This document shows positions 36,628-52,289 of a DNA stretch of 64,000 nt, in pieces. The DNA comes from Octopus sinensis (Eukaryota). Below the pieces are notes generated by a model. It saw only the letters and a program-made list of their open reading frames with translations. It made no database searches and was not told the DNA's origin. Location: assembly GCF_006345805.1 (NCBI RefSeq), contig NC_043011.1, positions 47,008,464 to 47,072,463 of the forward strand, written 5' to 3'. Each line of letters begins with the position of its first letter. Position 1 is the stretch's first letter. The position numbers and the translations under genes were made by a program.

Positions 36628-37193
36628 CAGAATATGCTTCAACACACGAACTCATATAAAGAATCTTGCAAACCAAATCCCAAAACGAAATATATACAAT
36701 ACTGTGTGTTCCTCAATTTGTTGATGTCTGCATTTTACCCTTTCCTCATTTCAATAATATCGAATAAGGAAGTGATCAAATGTTGGTTCACTGAATTGTG
36801 AACTTCATCATTTTAATATTGGAAGATGATGTTTTTGATAAAATTGGTGATGATAATGATAATAGATAATGGTGTGTAGTTACATGGAAAGCATGTACTT
36901 AAGCATGAAATTTTCTAAATATGAAACTATTTTGATGGAAAAAAAAAAAAATTCAACATTTCTTGAACAAATACACTCTTTTCAAATCATTAGACATCTC
37001 TTCAAACTAATTTATTCTAATTAGTAACTGTGTTTTGTATTTACTACTTGCTGTCCTAACAACCATTACTGCAGCATTTAGAATGACTGGATATATGTGT
37101 ATGCATGTGTGTATATATATATTTATATATGTGTACATATATGTGTGCATATATATATACATATGTATATATATGTGTATGTATATGTGTGTG

Positions 37194-37231
<38 letters not shown>

Positions 37232-37774
37232 GTGTATATACATATGTATATATATGTGTAGGTATATGTGTGTATATATATATATATGTGTGTGTGTGTA
37301 TGTATGTATATATGTGTGTGTATTTATATGTGCGTATGTATAGATATATATGTGTGTGTACATATATATATGTGTGTGTGTGTGTTCATTGATTTATATA
37401 TATTTATTTTTTGTGACTGAATCTTTAGTGGTGTGATTAACTAAAATGTATAAGTGCAGAAAATTGCCCAAGGGACACCTTCAACATAAATAAGCTAATA
37501 GCGAAGTGGTTATTTTATTAATGTACTTAATGCAGTGAGCCAAGTGATATTCATTAACTAAATCTGCAACATTAATGAAGAACAAAAGTAATATCTAAAT
37601 TATTAATTCCGACGAAGAAAAGCATGGGAGACAAATACACAGATACAAGATTCTTAAATCAATGAAGAAACCTCCCCATATACAACAGAAAATAACCAAA
37701 GCTGAATCTGATTCGAAATAATGCCAACTACCATTGCACTATGTAGAACCCTAACATATGAAGACAGGAAGGTC

Positions 37775-38530
37775 GTAAGCTGGCTGAATCGTTGACATGC
37801 CAAGCAAAATGCTTAGCAGTATTTCGTCTGTCTTTATGTTCTGAGTTCAAATTCCACTGAGGTTGTCTTTGCTTTTCATCCTTTCAGGGTTGATGAAATA
37901 AATACCAGTTGAACACTGGGGGGGGGGGGGGTCGATGTAATTTAAGGGACGAGGCCCAGCAATTTAAGTGTCGAGTGTAAATTGATTTCACTGGCCCCCA
38001 ATATTCAATTGGTACTTATTTTATGCCTGTCCTGAAATTGCTGGTCTTGTGCCAAAATTTGTAACCATTATTATTATTATTTTTATTATTATTATTATTA
38101 TTCAGTAGTCTTTTTTTTATCCTGTACTTTCACTGCACTACTGGGCACAGCTTTTAAAGACTAGCCAGGCTCATGGACCCGGTTTCCAGGTTTCTATGGT
38201 GTATGTGTTCCCCAGCTGGATGGGACGCCAGTCCATCGCAGTGTAACTCCTTTTTGCCAGCTGAGTGGACTCTAGCAACATGAAATGAAGTGTTTCGCTC
38301 AAGAACACAACACGTCGTCCAGTCCAGGAATCGAAACCACAATCTTACGATCACAATGCTGATAACCTAACCACTAAGCCACGTGCCTCCACACTGGCCC
38401 CAGTATTCAATTGGTACTTACATTATTGACCCCGATAGCAAGAAAGGCAAAATGGACCTCAGCAGAATTTGAACTCAGAACATAAAGATTGATGACATGC
38501 CACTAAGTATTTTGCCTGGTATGCTAATGA
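37775..38530. mobile_element. Nested cluster: G (+, 37775-38075), E (-, 38150-38393), G (-, 38395-38530)
   Basis: Family-diagnostic motifs as in the other copies. Confidence 0.8.
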
Positions 38531-39267
38531 TTCTGCTAACTCACTGCCTTATCAGGCAACAGAAATATTAATGTTTGAAAACTGTACTTATAGAGTTAAT
38601 GTAGTAGGAACATCCATCCCCCCACCACCACATATACAGCTGAGAACTACATTTGGCACTCTATAATTAATTAGAAATTAGAAGACAAAGTAAAAGAACA
38701 GCAATCAAATAAAAAATCATTGTAGACTTGTTACATTTTCTCTGGCATTTATAACTAACTGTTGGTGACTATTTATAAAGGAACGAAATCAATACTTTTA
38801 CACAGCATCCTAATTAAACATTTTTATCTTTTAGTTCAATAATGAAACAAAAAATCATTGTAATGGAAATGATATCATCCTTATAGAACTTTCCTGAACA
38901 TGTGTTTCCAGTTCAAGTCAATATTCTGAACTATTGGTCGTACAGTCACACCATCCTTGTCCCTCACCCACATGGATACATTGATACAGATGCCGTTATG
39001 TGGTGAAGTAGTTTATTTGGTAGCTCCCTGATCCTGTGATCAGCTTAACTGTGCATTATCTTAGGTAAGTATTTTCAGTCGTAAACTCAGGTTGATCAAA
39101 TTGTTCTGAGTGAAATTTAGTGGACAGAAACTGTTGTAGAAACCTGTCATTCACACAAATCAGTGGGGCAAAGATAAATATCATCTGTTATTTTCTTGTG
39201 GGAAGTTAAGTCTCCTTACAAACAGGTAAACTATGTCTGTCTAACCTATTTCGCACCAGGCAATGGC

Positions 39268-39590
39268 CTTACAGTGATATATAATTGACTAAAATCATTG
39301 AATGCAATCTAAGGCATGAAGCCAGTAGGAAATTAAAGGAATATATATATATATATATTATAATATAAATAATATATAAATATATGCATATATACATACA
39401 TATATGTACATACCTACATATATATGTATATATACATGCGCATATGGGTACAGGACTTCCAAAGAAACATTGAACACAATGAGAAACGAAAACATAAAAA
39501 CAAAAACATAGAAACGAACTTTTCTCAAACAACGGAAAAAAACATATATATACATATATTTATATATACATATATAAATATATACATACA
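39268..39590 (+). repeat. Interspersed repeat associated with (TA)n
   Basis: GTACAGGAC...GAACACAATGAGAAACGAAAAC; reverse relative at 58985-59140. Confidence 0.65.
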
Positions 39591-40032
39591 AGTGTGTGAC
39601 TGATTTATTTTATGAGGTGATAGCATGCACTCCTAGTTAACCATGACATAGAGTCTGGTTCAATTTCTGAACCATCTTTTCCACATTAATTTTGTATGCT
39701 TAATATCTGAGCCAGTAAAAGAGCCTCTACATGCCATGGTCATTCAAAGTGCTAGAAATATAGCCTATAGCTAATTTCTCCACAGAAAGGACATATTAGA
39801 TAATATAGTCCTTAAACTTTTGATATTTTAAGGAGAATAGAAAAAGAATGGATATCCGTTACTAGAATGCTTTTAGTTATTGGTATTCTGCATCAAGGAT
39901 AAGTGAAGTGCCACACTTAGTGGTCTTGAAATTCTTTTACTGCAGAATGGTCATTGCTTTAACCTAGCAAGCTCTTACATCAGAAAAAAGGTGCCTGAAT
40001 GGAAGGAACACAGTGGTATAAAGCTAGCCCTA

Positions 40033-40075
<43 letters not shown>

Positions 40076-41589
40076 AAATATGCATTTATGTACCAAAAAG
40101 TGTTGATAGTTCTAAAATGCATGTGCAGTCTTTGCAGTTTTCAAGTCAATTTTTATCAGCGCATATCTGGGAAAAATTACTTCACTAAAATATTAATACA
40201 TTATAGTGACAGTTTTATTTGATGTCCAAAGAGACCATAATAATGTTATCAACTATAGGTTTTGATCATGACAAATGCTATGTATCCGACGCTATTAGCA
40301 CTTTCACTAAATGCACTTGATGTGATATTAACGTGTTAACAACATAAAATTGTTTTAGGTATATATGATACCATCTAGTTTCATGTCTGAATGGACAATT
40401 TATGAATATCACATATCACAGATCTCTTACATAAAACAAGAAAAAAACTTGCCCTTCTCACATAAAATATGTCTCTTGTCAATGAATTTTTTTTTTATTG
40501 AGAAGTTTTATGATTCATCAAATGAGACATTTAACTTCTGATGCATTCTAAACCATGTTTGTAGGAGATTCATTAACCGATCATTAAATATACCTTATTC
40601 CCTTCATAGAATCCTCTCTATTTTCTCTGTTCCCCAGTTACAACATTCATTCTTTGACTTTTTCTCCATTTCTGTGACAAATTTGGTTTTCTTGAAATGT
40701 TTCAGAATTAACCAAAAGGCTTTGGTGGATGGTGCCCTTCAAACCTTCAACCTTCTTGTTGATTCTTCATGTTTTCTGTTTCATATTACCAGCTTGGGAA
40801 ATACAAAACAAAGGTTCCTCTCCACGTGGTTACTTGCCTTTCAGAAATTGCATGCAAATCTCACTTAAAATATGCCCAACAATTTTGAGAAGCAAAGAGC
40901 ACATTGGATAATATAACTGAAAACATGCAACCGCTCCTGCATGTACAAAATTTTTTCCCCTTCTATTGTATAGCCATAAGGCATTTTGTCATACATGTAT
41001 AATTCCAGCTTTCTAGTTTTAGTTCCTATTCCTGTTTTTGTTCTTCTATACATTCATTTGTCTTTCCCAGAGGCTAAGTTCACTAATTCTGTACCAATAA
41101 TACAGAAGTTCCCTCACTGATATTGGTGCTAACAGTTTAAAATTTTTATCACATTTACTGGCTATCATAACACGAAACATTATGTCACACATAGTATATA
41201 TGAACCAACGAAAGAGTCTCTCCATATTTAGGTATACCTCATAGAAATAGATTTTTATAGTCACAGATATCATGATCATATACATGAAGAATTTGCATTT
41301 TCTCCTCAAGATCCCATGAACCCAAGTTCAGGCATACATTGCTTCAGATAGGCTGGTATGCATCCTGTTGCTCCAATATGTATGTAAGTATGTATGCATG
41401 TAAGCATACATGCATGTATGTAAACAAGCATGCATGTATGTATGCAATGGACTTCTGCACAGCTTCCATCACCCAAACTCCACCCAGGTATTTTTCTGTC
41501 TGAGATTACAATGGAATCCATCCTGGTAATTTTTAGGTTTTGATACCAAATTCTTGACCATACAGCCATAATAATGAAGATTTTCTAAC

Positions 41590-41815
41590 TTAACTCTTTA
41601 GCGTTCAGATTACTCTGCCAAATGTAAAGCTTATTTATGCACATTGCATAAGCGCCAAGATAATTCTTGGTGCTTAGAGACTTTAATGACAGGATTGCTT
41701 ATTTTTAGAATGACATTGTAGGGTAGGTGCGAGAAGCCTGATCTAGTTAGATTGAACATAAAACAGGTAGAATATTTTGACTGGATATGACCAGTTTGAG
41801 TGCCACAGATTTTAA
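41590..41815 (-). mobile_element. piggyBac-like MITE (diverged)
   Basis: TTAACTCTTT end; body is the reverse complement of the 13874-14101 family. Confidence 0.65.
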
Positions 41816-42629
41816 TGTGAATGTCACAGATTTCTGAAGAGGGAAGGGCCAATCATATCAACCCCAATACTTAAAGCATTGGCCTACATCTGACAAGAAT
41901 AAAAGTTTAAGTTGATTGCAAAAAGATATGAACTCACAACATAAATGACTAATTATATACACAAGATTTTGTGAGTGATGCTTTACTATTCTGACTGCTA
42001 TTTTGCCATTTTTGTCACATTTTACCAATAATTAATGCTTGCATTAGATTGGTCTACTTATTTTAACAAGTAACTTTGAAAATAATTCTAAAATTGAAGC
42101 ACTATCTGTTAATAGCACCCTACAATATAAGACATGTATGCATATGTGTGTGGGTGGTATAGTGAAGAGTCACATATGCATGTATACACACACATACAAA
42201 CATATATATGAATATATATATGTATGTGTGAGTGTATCTATGTGAGTGTGTGTGTGTGTATATGTATGTATATATATATATATTTATATATATATATATA
42301 TATGTATGTATATATATATATTTATATATATGTGTATATGTATAGTGAAAAAGTGAGAGTGGGGAGATGAGGAGAGAGAGTGGAAGAGAGAGAGAGAGAG
42401 AGAGTGAAGGGGAGAGAGCTGAGGAATAGAAGGAAATAAAAAGGGGGTTCCTCTATAATTTGTTCTTGCCAGTATTAATTATATATTTCAGCTTGGAGAA
42501 CAGAAGAATGTTAAAACTTTATCAAGGATGATCAAGTTATGCCTGGAAATCAAAGAAAATTTTATCAATATCGAATTTAAGACCAGTAAAAATTGCAGCA
42601 GAATAAACTCTAAATTTACTCCCCACCCC

Positions 42630-42995
<366 letters not shown>

Positions 42996-43129
42996 ATCCA
43001 TCCAGCCAACCAGCCAGCCATCTATCATCTCTTTGTTTAGGAGTGTTGTTTTTACATTTTGGCTTGATGTTTTTTTTTATTTTCCAAATTTTCTTTTTAA
43101 ATTGTCAATGTATTTGTCAGTTCCCTCCA

Positions 43130-43520
43130 TGACTCTTTTACTTGTTTCAGTCATTTGACTGCAGCCATGCTGGAGCACCGCCTTTAGTTGAGCAAATCGA
43201 CCCCAGGACTTATTCTTTGTAAGCCTAGTACTTATTCTATCGGTTTCTTTTTGCTGAACTGCTAAGTTACGGAGACGTAAACACACCAGCATCGGTTGTC
43301 AGGTGATGTTGATTGGGAAAAACACAAACATATACACACATACATTCATATACATATATACAATGGGCTTCTTTCACTTTCCGTCTACCAAGTCCACTCA
43401 CAAGGCTTTGGTCGGCCTGAGGCTATAATAGAAAACCTTTGCCCAAGGGGTCATGCAGTGGGACTGAACCCAGAACCATGTGATTCATAAGCAAGCTACT
43501 TACCACACAGCCACTCCTAT
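43130..43520 (-). mobile_element. SINE family A
   Basis: Full tail-to-head family match. Confidence 0.9.
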
Positions 43521-44082
43521 TGCCTTTCATTAACTTTTATTTTTTCCTCCTCTACTCAACTTTCAGCATTCATTTCACAGTACAAGATAACAAAGATAAT
43601 GAAGATGACACTGATGATGATGACGATGACGATGACGACGATGATGATTGTGATAGTGATCAAAATGTTGACTGTGTAAATGATAATGATGAAAACGATG
43701 TAGAAGGTATGATGCTGTGGATGGTGATATGACCAGTGTTTTAAAGATTATAACGATGATGATGGCGATGATGATGCTGATGAGGATGAGAATAAAGATG
43801 TGATTGTGGTGTGATGGTGATGATATCAATGATATTTATGGTGGTTGGGAGTGATATTAGTGATATTGCAAGGTTAAAAATAATATCGCAGTGATGTGAC
43901 ACTGTTTTGTACTAAGACACCTCTTATCAATCCACCACCACCACCACCACCACCACCACTACGACCACCACCACCCCTCCTCCTCTGCTTCCTTCTTTTC
44001 CACGTCACACATCACTACTGCAGCAGAATAATTCAACATCGGGCTAAATAACTGACTACCTAACACTATTTAGAAATATATA

Positions 44083-44430
44083 TCATCATCATCATCATCA
44101 TCGTCTTTTAACGTCCGTTCTCCATGCTAGCATGGGTTGGACGGTTCGACCGGGGTTCTGGGAAGCCAGAAGGCTGCACCAGGCTCCAGTCTAATCTGGC
44201 AATGTTTCTACAGCTGGATGCCCTTCCTAACGCCAACCACTCCGTGAGTATAGTGGGTGCTTTTTACGTGCCACCTGCACAGGTGCCAGGCGGGGCTGGC
44301 AACGGCCACGGTCAGATTGGTGTATTTTATGTGCCACCGGCACGGAAGCCAGTCGAGGCGGTGCTGGCATCGGCCATGAGTCGGATAGTGCTTTTTACGT
44401 ACCACCAGACCAGGGATCCTGGCTGGTTCA
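44083..44430 (-). mobile_element. Family F element
   Basis: (CAT)n tail and GGTGCTTTTTACGTGCCACC subrepeats. Confidence 0.85.
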
Positions 44431-44739
44431 ATTCGATATATATATATATATATTTCTATGGTCTGACTTGGAATCCCCACCAGAGTTCCAACTTGTATTT
44501 CGCTTCTCTCTGGAGAGCATTGATCAATTAAATACCAACTGATTAATTAGGTTGATTAAATTGAGTAGACTCTTCTACAATTTAGTCTAATTGTACCAAA
44601 ATTAAAACACAATGTGGATGTCAATTTTGCCTTTCATTCTTCCCAAATAAATAAAATACAGAGCCAGAGATGTATTGATACTGATTTAATTGACTGTTCT
44701 ATCCACGAAACTTTCTGGTCTTGTGTACTACTACTACTG

Positions 44740-44810
<71 letters not shown>

Positions 44811-45029
44811 GCTACTACTACTACTACTACTACTACTACTATACTACTACTACTACTACTACTACTATTATTATTATTATTATTATTATTATGATGTCCT
44901 TTATAGGGACTGTCACATTCTACTGGCAGATAAACTTTACTATTCGGTACTGTTCCTGTATATCTCTCACTCAGAGATTTAAAACAATTTGTTTTTTCTC
45001 TTTATGAGATCAGCAACTGTGTGTCGCTT

Positions 45030-45460
45030 AAAGAATATATAGTGTTTGCAGGTGGAGAGAGAGCTTTCGTCACTAACTTGTGAAGATGGGTAATCACCCG
45101 GAAACCTAGGTCTAAGAGTATCACATAAAGCTAGACATAGGAGTGATGACTTCACTTGCAAATGCTAAACAGACACAAATTGGATGTCGATAGCTAGCTG
45201 GAAAAGATGTTCTATCCTATCTCACTCAAAAGGCTCCAGAGAAAGAGTTGTTTAAGGATGATGCACAAAACACCCATGTTTCCAAGGACGATTTATTCAA
45301 ACTCCAAAGAATCCCTCTCAATGCATGGCTATGATGGTTCCCCCACTTTATTACAATTATTAAAGTAGATATCACACAGTATACAATATCATGAGGTTGC
45401 TGGCTGAAGATGTTGTGTCTACCGGGGGGTTTGTACTGTTTGTCAAGTCACAATTATTAT
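45030..45460 (-). mobile_element. Diverged relative of the 19126-19680 element
   Basis: CTCAAAAGG...GTTGTTTAAGGATG...CCCATGTTTCCA...AAAGAATCCCTCTCAA...GGCTATGATG. Confidence 0.65.
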
Positions 45461-45499
45461 TATTATTATCATCATCATCATCAAAATCATCAAGATAGA

Positions 45500-46205
<706 letters not shown>

Positions 46206-46214
46206 ATCATCATC

Positions 46215-46585
46215 ATTACTATTTCCTCGACGTTAGTGAAGGCAGAGGTATTATGTGCAGTCATGTTTGTTTGTCTATGGAAAAAATATCTCAAGAACTG
46301 CTAGACTGATATGGATGAAACTTTCAGGGATGTTTGGCCTAGTGCCTGGCACAAATTGGTTAGATTTTGGGATCAATCTATTACTGGACGAGGATTCTGG
46401 ATTATTTTTCCTGTTTCTTTTTACTTAATTTTTGCGAGTGGTCGTGTTCATTTTTAGTATTCCCATTTGTAAGAGCAGTTGAGTTCATCTCAGTCATTCT
46501 CATTTTTAAAAAATCATCTCTAGCTATTGACGTTAGTGTTACTTTGACAGAGGTTTGTGCTCTCTGAGTGCTCTTGTTATTATCA
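46215..46585 (+). mobile_element. Helentron/DINE-like non-autonomous element (tentative)
   Basis: 5' CCTCGAC...GGCAGAGG, internal GTTTGTTTGTCT, 3' GACAGAGG followed by hairpin GTGCTC-TCT-GAGTGC, in T-rich flanks. Confidence 0.45.
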
Positions 46586-46700
46586 TCATTATTATTATTA
46601 TTACTTCCAACAGACATTTTTGGCCTGAATGCTTTACCATATTTACTTATAACTATTTGCATTACCATGATTATGATTCTGTCAGTATCTTTTTTTTACT

Positions 46701-46733
<33 letters not shown>

Positions 46734-46943
46734 ATTGTATGTGTTTTTATCACTATTAGTAAAGAGGTTATGCACCTCTAGCCAGTAGGTGTAATGAGTT
46801 GCCTATATTGCTAAGAGCGTTAATATACATGAAACCAAATTTCCTAACTGCCCATAACCAATGACTACATAAAATGTTATTGCTCAAAAAAGAATGTTTA
46901 GAGTATGCTTTTATTCTGGATTTATGAACTACTGACTATGTTT

Positions 46944-47365
<422 letters not shown>

Positions 47366-48088
47366 ATTTATTATCCTTCATTTCCTTTGTGATTTCTGTC
47401 TCTCATTCCATCCATCTGTCTATCCACCCACACACCATCAAATCAAAGCCACACAATTGGAGGAGGGTATATACTCCATATACATATACACCATTTATGT
47501 AAATCCTATTTCCACCTGTCTCATATACCTACAAAAGATTTACATTAAACTCTGATTTATTGTTTGCATTCATTTCTATGTAGCTTAGAAAAAGCATTGT
47601 ATTCATGCACGAAACATTACCGATACAGACACACGCATATAAAAGTAATACAGCATTGAAGAAAGTATACTACAAGAGAATTCAAGAAGAAGAACCGTTG
47701 AACAAATATTAAGTAAATAAAAAAATAAAAAAATGTCCCTTCCCCTACCATGTCACAAACACATCTAAGAACATTTAATATATGTGTTGAACTTTAACCT
47801 TACAAAATAATGTTTGACAAGATAAAGATTACATAAATACATAAATGCTTTCTAAGAAGACAGATTTTGACAAGAACGTGATAAATTTTCCTCATCGAAA
47901 AATCCTGTCAACGACAAAGAAAGCGTAATGGTTTTAAGCATATAGTGTATAATATATATTGTTGTTTATCATTATTATAGTTATTTACTTTACACATACA
48001 CAGACGCACAATATATATATATAATATATATATATATATACATGCATTTATATATACACATACATAATATGTATATACAAACATATAC

Positions 48089-48131
<43 letters not shown>

Positions 48132-48158
48132 CACACATACACATAAAATAAGTGTATG

Positions 48159-48196
<38 letters not shown>

Positions 48197-48684
48197 CTTA
48201 GACACTTATGCATACATATAACCTGCGAGGTTGTTTTATAAAATAAGTATTATGTTTTGTCTTTATTCAAACCGTTTTCTTAGTTTGTTATTTTTTTCCA
48301 TTTTCCTCTTTCTTTAAAATCTTTTACAAATCCCCTTTTATATTTAATGTTAGCTAATTGAGGTTAAATTTTTCAAGTAACAATCTGCAACCTAAGAATT
48401 TTTAAGTGTATTTCATTCTTCTCAAGACCTCTTTTAAAATATGACATATTCTTCAAGTTTGGCCATTATTAAGATTTTAAGCTATGACATAACTTTAAAA
48501 TATATATATATATATATGACAGGCTGATGTTTTATTTAATATTTATCTTGAATATTTTATTGTCTATCTATATAGTGACAGGTGAATTGGCAAACTTCTA
48601 TTCACCTGGTTCTAGAATCAGCTCATCTGTGGTACTAACCATTTCCAGATCTGATTTCACCAGTTCTCAATAGGTTTACTTCCC

Positions 48685-48910
48685 AAAGGTGGCGATCAGG
48701 CAGAATTGTTAATATGCCAGGCAAAATGCTTAGTGGCATTTTGTCCATCTTTACAGTTTAAGTTCAAATTCCATCGAGGTGAGCCAGCTTTGTCTTTACA
48801 TCCTTTCAAGGTTGATAAAATAAGCATCATTTGAAAACTGGGGGTCAATATAATCAACATACTCACTCATCCAATTCTGCTGGCCTTACACCAGAATTTG
48901 AAACCAATAT
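48685..48910 (+). mobile_element. SINE family G
   Basis: GGTGGCGATCAGGCAGAA...GAATTTGAAACC. Confidence 0.75.
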
Positions 48911-49299
48911 GTGTGCCTTCCTTCCACAAGTGGTTTCAAAATGTGAAAAAACAATACTACAGTGTTCTTTTTACTCAATCTCTGCACTGCGGGTTCATAA
49001 CATAGTTTTCTTTTTTTATTTCAGCAGGTATTGTCTATTCAAAGATGGCTAAACTGTCCATATTCTAATAACGTATCCCCAACACAAATCATCAAGTGTC
49101 CTAGTGCTCCCTCCTTTTTCTTGCACCCTGACACTTTTACAAGTTAATACCAAATATTTAATGGACTATATGCAAATATTCTTCTCTAGTATACACTAAT
49201 TTCTTATCCTTTGCCTTTGTGAAGACAATTACATAACTAAAAACTGTCTTTGAATTTGATTCTCCTATTTTTGGAAGTCTCTAAGTTCCACTTAGTTGG

Positions 49300-49735
49300 C
49301 AGCTATGTCATCTGGGTCACATTCCAGCACTTCAATGTGGAAATTGAGAAGTGGCACATAAATACCAAAGACAGCCCATGATAATGAATTGTGCATGTCC
49401 ATCAAGGACATACTTCTCCAAGATGACAATGATATCATGGCAAACCGTCCAGATATAATAATCAAGGACAGGAACAAAAGTATCTGTTCTCTAGTAGAGA
49501 TCTTGATCCATTCTGATTAAAAAATTAACTGGAAGCAAGTGGTAAAGCTGTCCAAGAATAAAGATCTTGATATTGAAATGGTAAACACCTGGAGTATGAA
49601 AATAAATATTATCTATAATAATTGGAGCTCTGGATATAAAAATAAAGCAATATGAACAAAATATGAAAACCATATCAGGGCTTACAACTTTATATATTCC
49701 AAAGCATAGTCATGTTAAGCACAGCCCATATCCAG
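49300..49735 (+). pseudogene. Old RLE-type LINE endonuclease fragment
   Basis: Translates IMANRPDIIIKDRNKSIC...KLSKNKDLDIEMVNTW...IIGAL...ISGLTTL, including the PD catalytic motif; frameshifted. Confidence 0.75.
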
Positions 49736-50099
49736 TTTCATTTCAATAGCACCACTCAAACGGCATATTTTGGGCTTATAATTAGTACCATTTATTTTCT
49801 TAATGACCACCTAATAAAATAACCTGTACACAACAATATACAAAGTATACTTTGAACATGCAACTCATACGTTTTACTTTTATAATGACCACCTAATAAA
49901 GTAGCCCTTATGCAACATGTATAGGATAGAATAACCATCAAACAATGCAGCATAACACATAATATACAAAATCACCATGCAATAAAATAAGAGCATGTTC
50001 TTCTACAAATCAATACCCAATACTGTAACACTGAGGGCTTGCATAACTCATATTTTGCTCTATTGCCACCCTTTCATCTAACACAGCCTACACACTTTA

Positions 50100-50304
50100 C
50101 TCTTTCTCTCTCTCTTTTACTTGTTTCAGTCATTTGACTGTGGCCATGCTGGAGCACCATCTTTAGTCGAGCACATCAACCCCAGGACTTATTAAGCCTA
50201 GTACTTATTCTATCGGTCTCTTTTGCCGAACTGCTAAGTAACGGGGACGTAAACACACCACCATCGGTTGTTAAGCGATGTTGAGGATACAAACACAAAC
50301 ACAT

Positions 50305-50349
<45 letters not shown>

Positions 50350-50522
50350 CATATATATGACAGGCTTCTTTCAGTTTCCATCTACCAAATCCACTCACAA
50401 GGCTCTGGCTGGCCTGAGGCTATAGTAAAAGACACTTGCCCAAGGTTCCACACAGTGGGAATGAACCCAGAACCATGTGGTTGGTAAGCAAGCTACTTAC
50501 CACACAGCCACTCCTGCGCCTA
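50100..50522 (-). mobile_element. SINE family A
   Basis: Full family match. Confidence 0.9.
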
Positions 50523-50572
50523 TATACACTGTCCATATTTTACACAATCATCAATTGACACTTGTATATGAA

Positions 50573-50871
50573 GTATGGATTGCAACCGCCATGCTCTGAG
50601 TTTGATACCACTGTGTGAGACAGTGTGCCTATGACTTGGCTCTACCAATACTGAATTTGGTGGATGGAAAATTCTTTAGTTGTGAATATTAGGTGCAGGC
50701 ATATCTGTGTGGTAAGAAGCTTATTTCTCAACCTCATGGTTCTAGGTTCAGTCCCACTGTGTGGAACCAAGTATTTCCTACTATAGTTTTCGGCCCACTA
50801 AAGACTTGTGAGTGCATTTGGTAGACAGAAACTGAATGAAGCTTATCGTGTGTATGTATATATGACTGAAT
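50573..50871 (+). other. Templated insertion copied from 55698-55990, with a 19-bp TSD
   Basis: Near-identical to 55698-55990; flanked by ATTGACACTTGTATATGAA at 50554-50572 and 50872-50890. Confidence 0.85.
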
Positions 50872-51372
50872 ATTGACACTTGTATATGAATAGCAAACAG
50901 ATAAAACACTAAAATCACACCAGAAATCACCAGAAAACGAAATCTCAGGACAATGTAAATCTTGACGTGGTAAATAAGTGTTATTTCAGATTCCCAACAG
51001 AGAATGCTGTACACACCTCAGTAAGACAGAGCTGCACCTGACTGTTTAGCAGAAAATCACAGAACTGTTGAAACATGATGAACAAAAACAACAACAAATA
51101 CAACAACAACAGTAATATGGTAAATGTCTTCTAACTGGAAGAGCAGCTCTTGAGTTTAAAATTCCCTTTTAATACTATTATGTGAGTGAGATTCAAACCT
51201 AAGAAAGACTAAGACTTGCTTATTGCCTCAGCAATATTTATTTTACCATTCCATTGTTAACTGGCAAATCATAATTTGAAACCATTGAAGAGCAAATCAT
51301 TAAAGATTTGTTATATACATCAAGCTATTGTTGTGGCAGAATAATAGATTAAGGCGAATAGAGATAATAACG

Positions 51373-51466
<94 letters not shown>

Positions 51467-51781
51467 CAATAATATTGATAGTAATAATTTATTTCATTTG
51501 CCATCATGAAGTTGAGGGCTATGATAACAACCATATTTTCTACAGAGAATTTAGTTAATATCTGTCAGGCCATTTCACGGCAAACACAATATCATGTATG
51601 AACCAATGAGACAGAAGAATGAAGACTTATTATATGCAATGCACACATATGCCTATACACACACACACACACACACACGTGTTTTGTATATGTATGTATA
51701 TATACATACACATATATACATATATATATATGATGATATATATATATATGTATACATACATACACATGCATGCATGCACGC

Positions 51782-51825
<44 letters not shown>

Positions 51826-52077
51826 GCCTATACACACTATTGTTATGTTTGGAAAGGAATCCCTATAAACAGGCAGTGCCATGCCTGGGTCCCTTCTGTA
51901 AACTTTGCCTTGGTTATTTGTTGGCCATTTGCAATACAATATCTAGTACACCAATCCCTCTCTTATACTACTGTGAATCTCTATCTCTTCCTCCCACCAC
52001 TCTCTACTGATCCATTTCATAACCATTCTTTCCCTCCTACCAACATTCTCATAGATATTCTGAAAAACCAAAAATAA

Positions 52078-52240
52078 TAATGATTTCAAATTTTGACACA
52101 AGGCCAGCCTTATTTTATCGACATCTGAAAGGATGAAAGGCAAAGTTGACCTTGGCGGAATTTGAACTCAAAACGTAAAGACAGATAAAATGCCACTAAG
52201 CATTTAGTCCAGTATGCTAATGACTGTGCCACTACTTTAA
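52078..52240 (-). mobile_element. SINE family G
   Basis: GAAAGGATGAAAGGCAAAGTTGACC core. Confidence 0.8.
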
Positions 52241-52289
52241 TGATGATGATGATAATAATAACAATAATAATAATAATAATAATAATAAT

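Noticed and set aside
37918-37930. G-run as a G-quadruplex
   Set aside because: A single homopolymer inside a SINE, not four spaced G-tracts.
39040-39075. Plus-strand AG|GTAAGT recursive-site motif
   Set aside because: It lies in a decayed family A SINE (from TTGGGCAAGTGTCTTC).
40600-41310. Coding-like minus-strand segment, possible old transposon
   Set aside because: Fragmented frames with no motif I can assign to a family.
50990-51020. 31-nt plus-strand exon candidate (TTTCAG...TCA|GTAAGA)
   Set aside because: Good splice sites but no linked exons or homology; within chance expectation.
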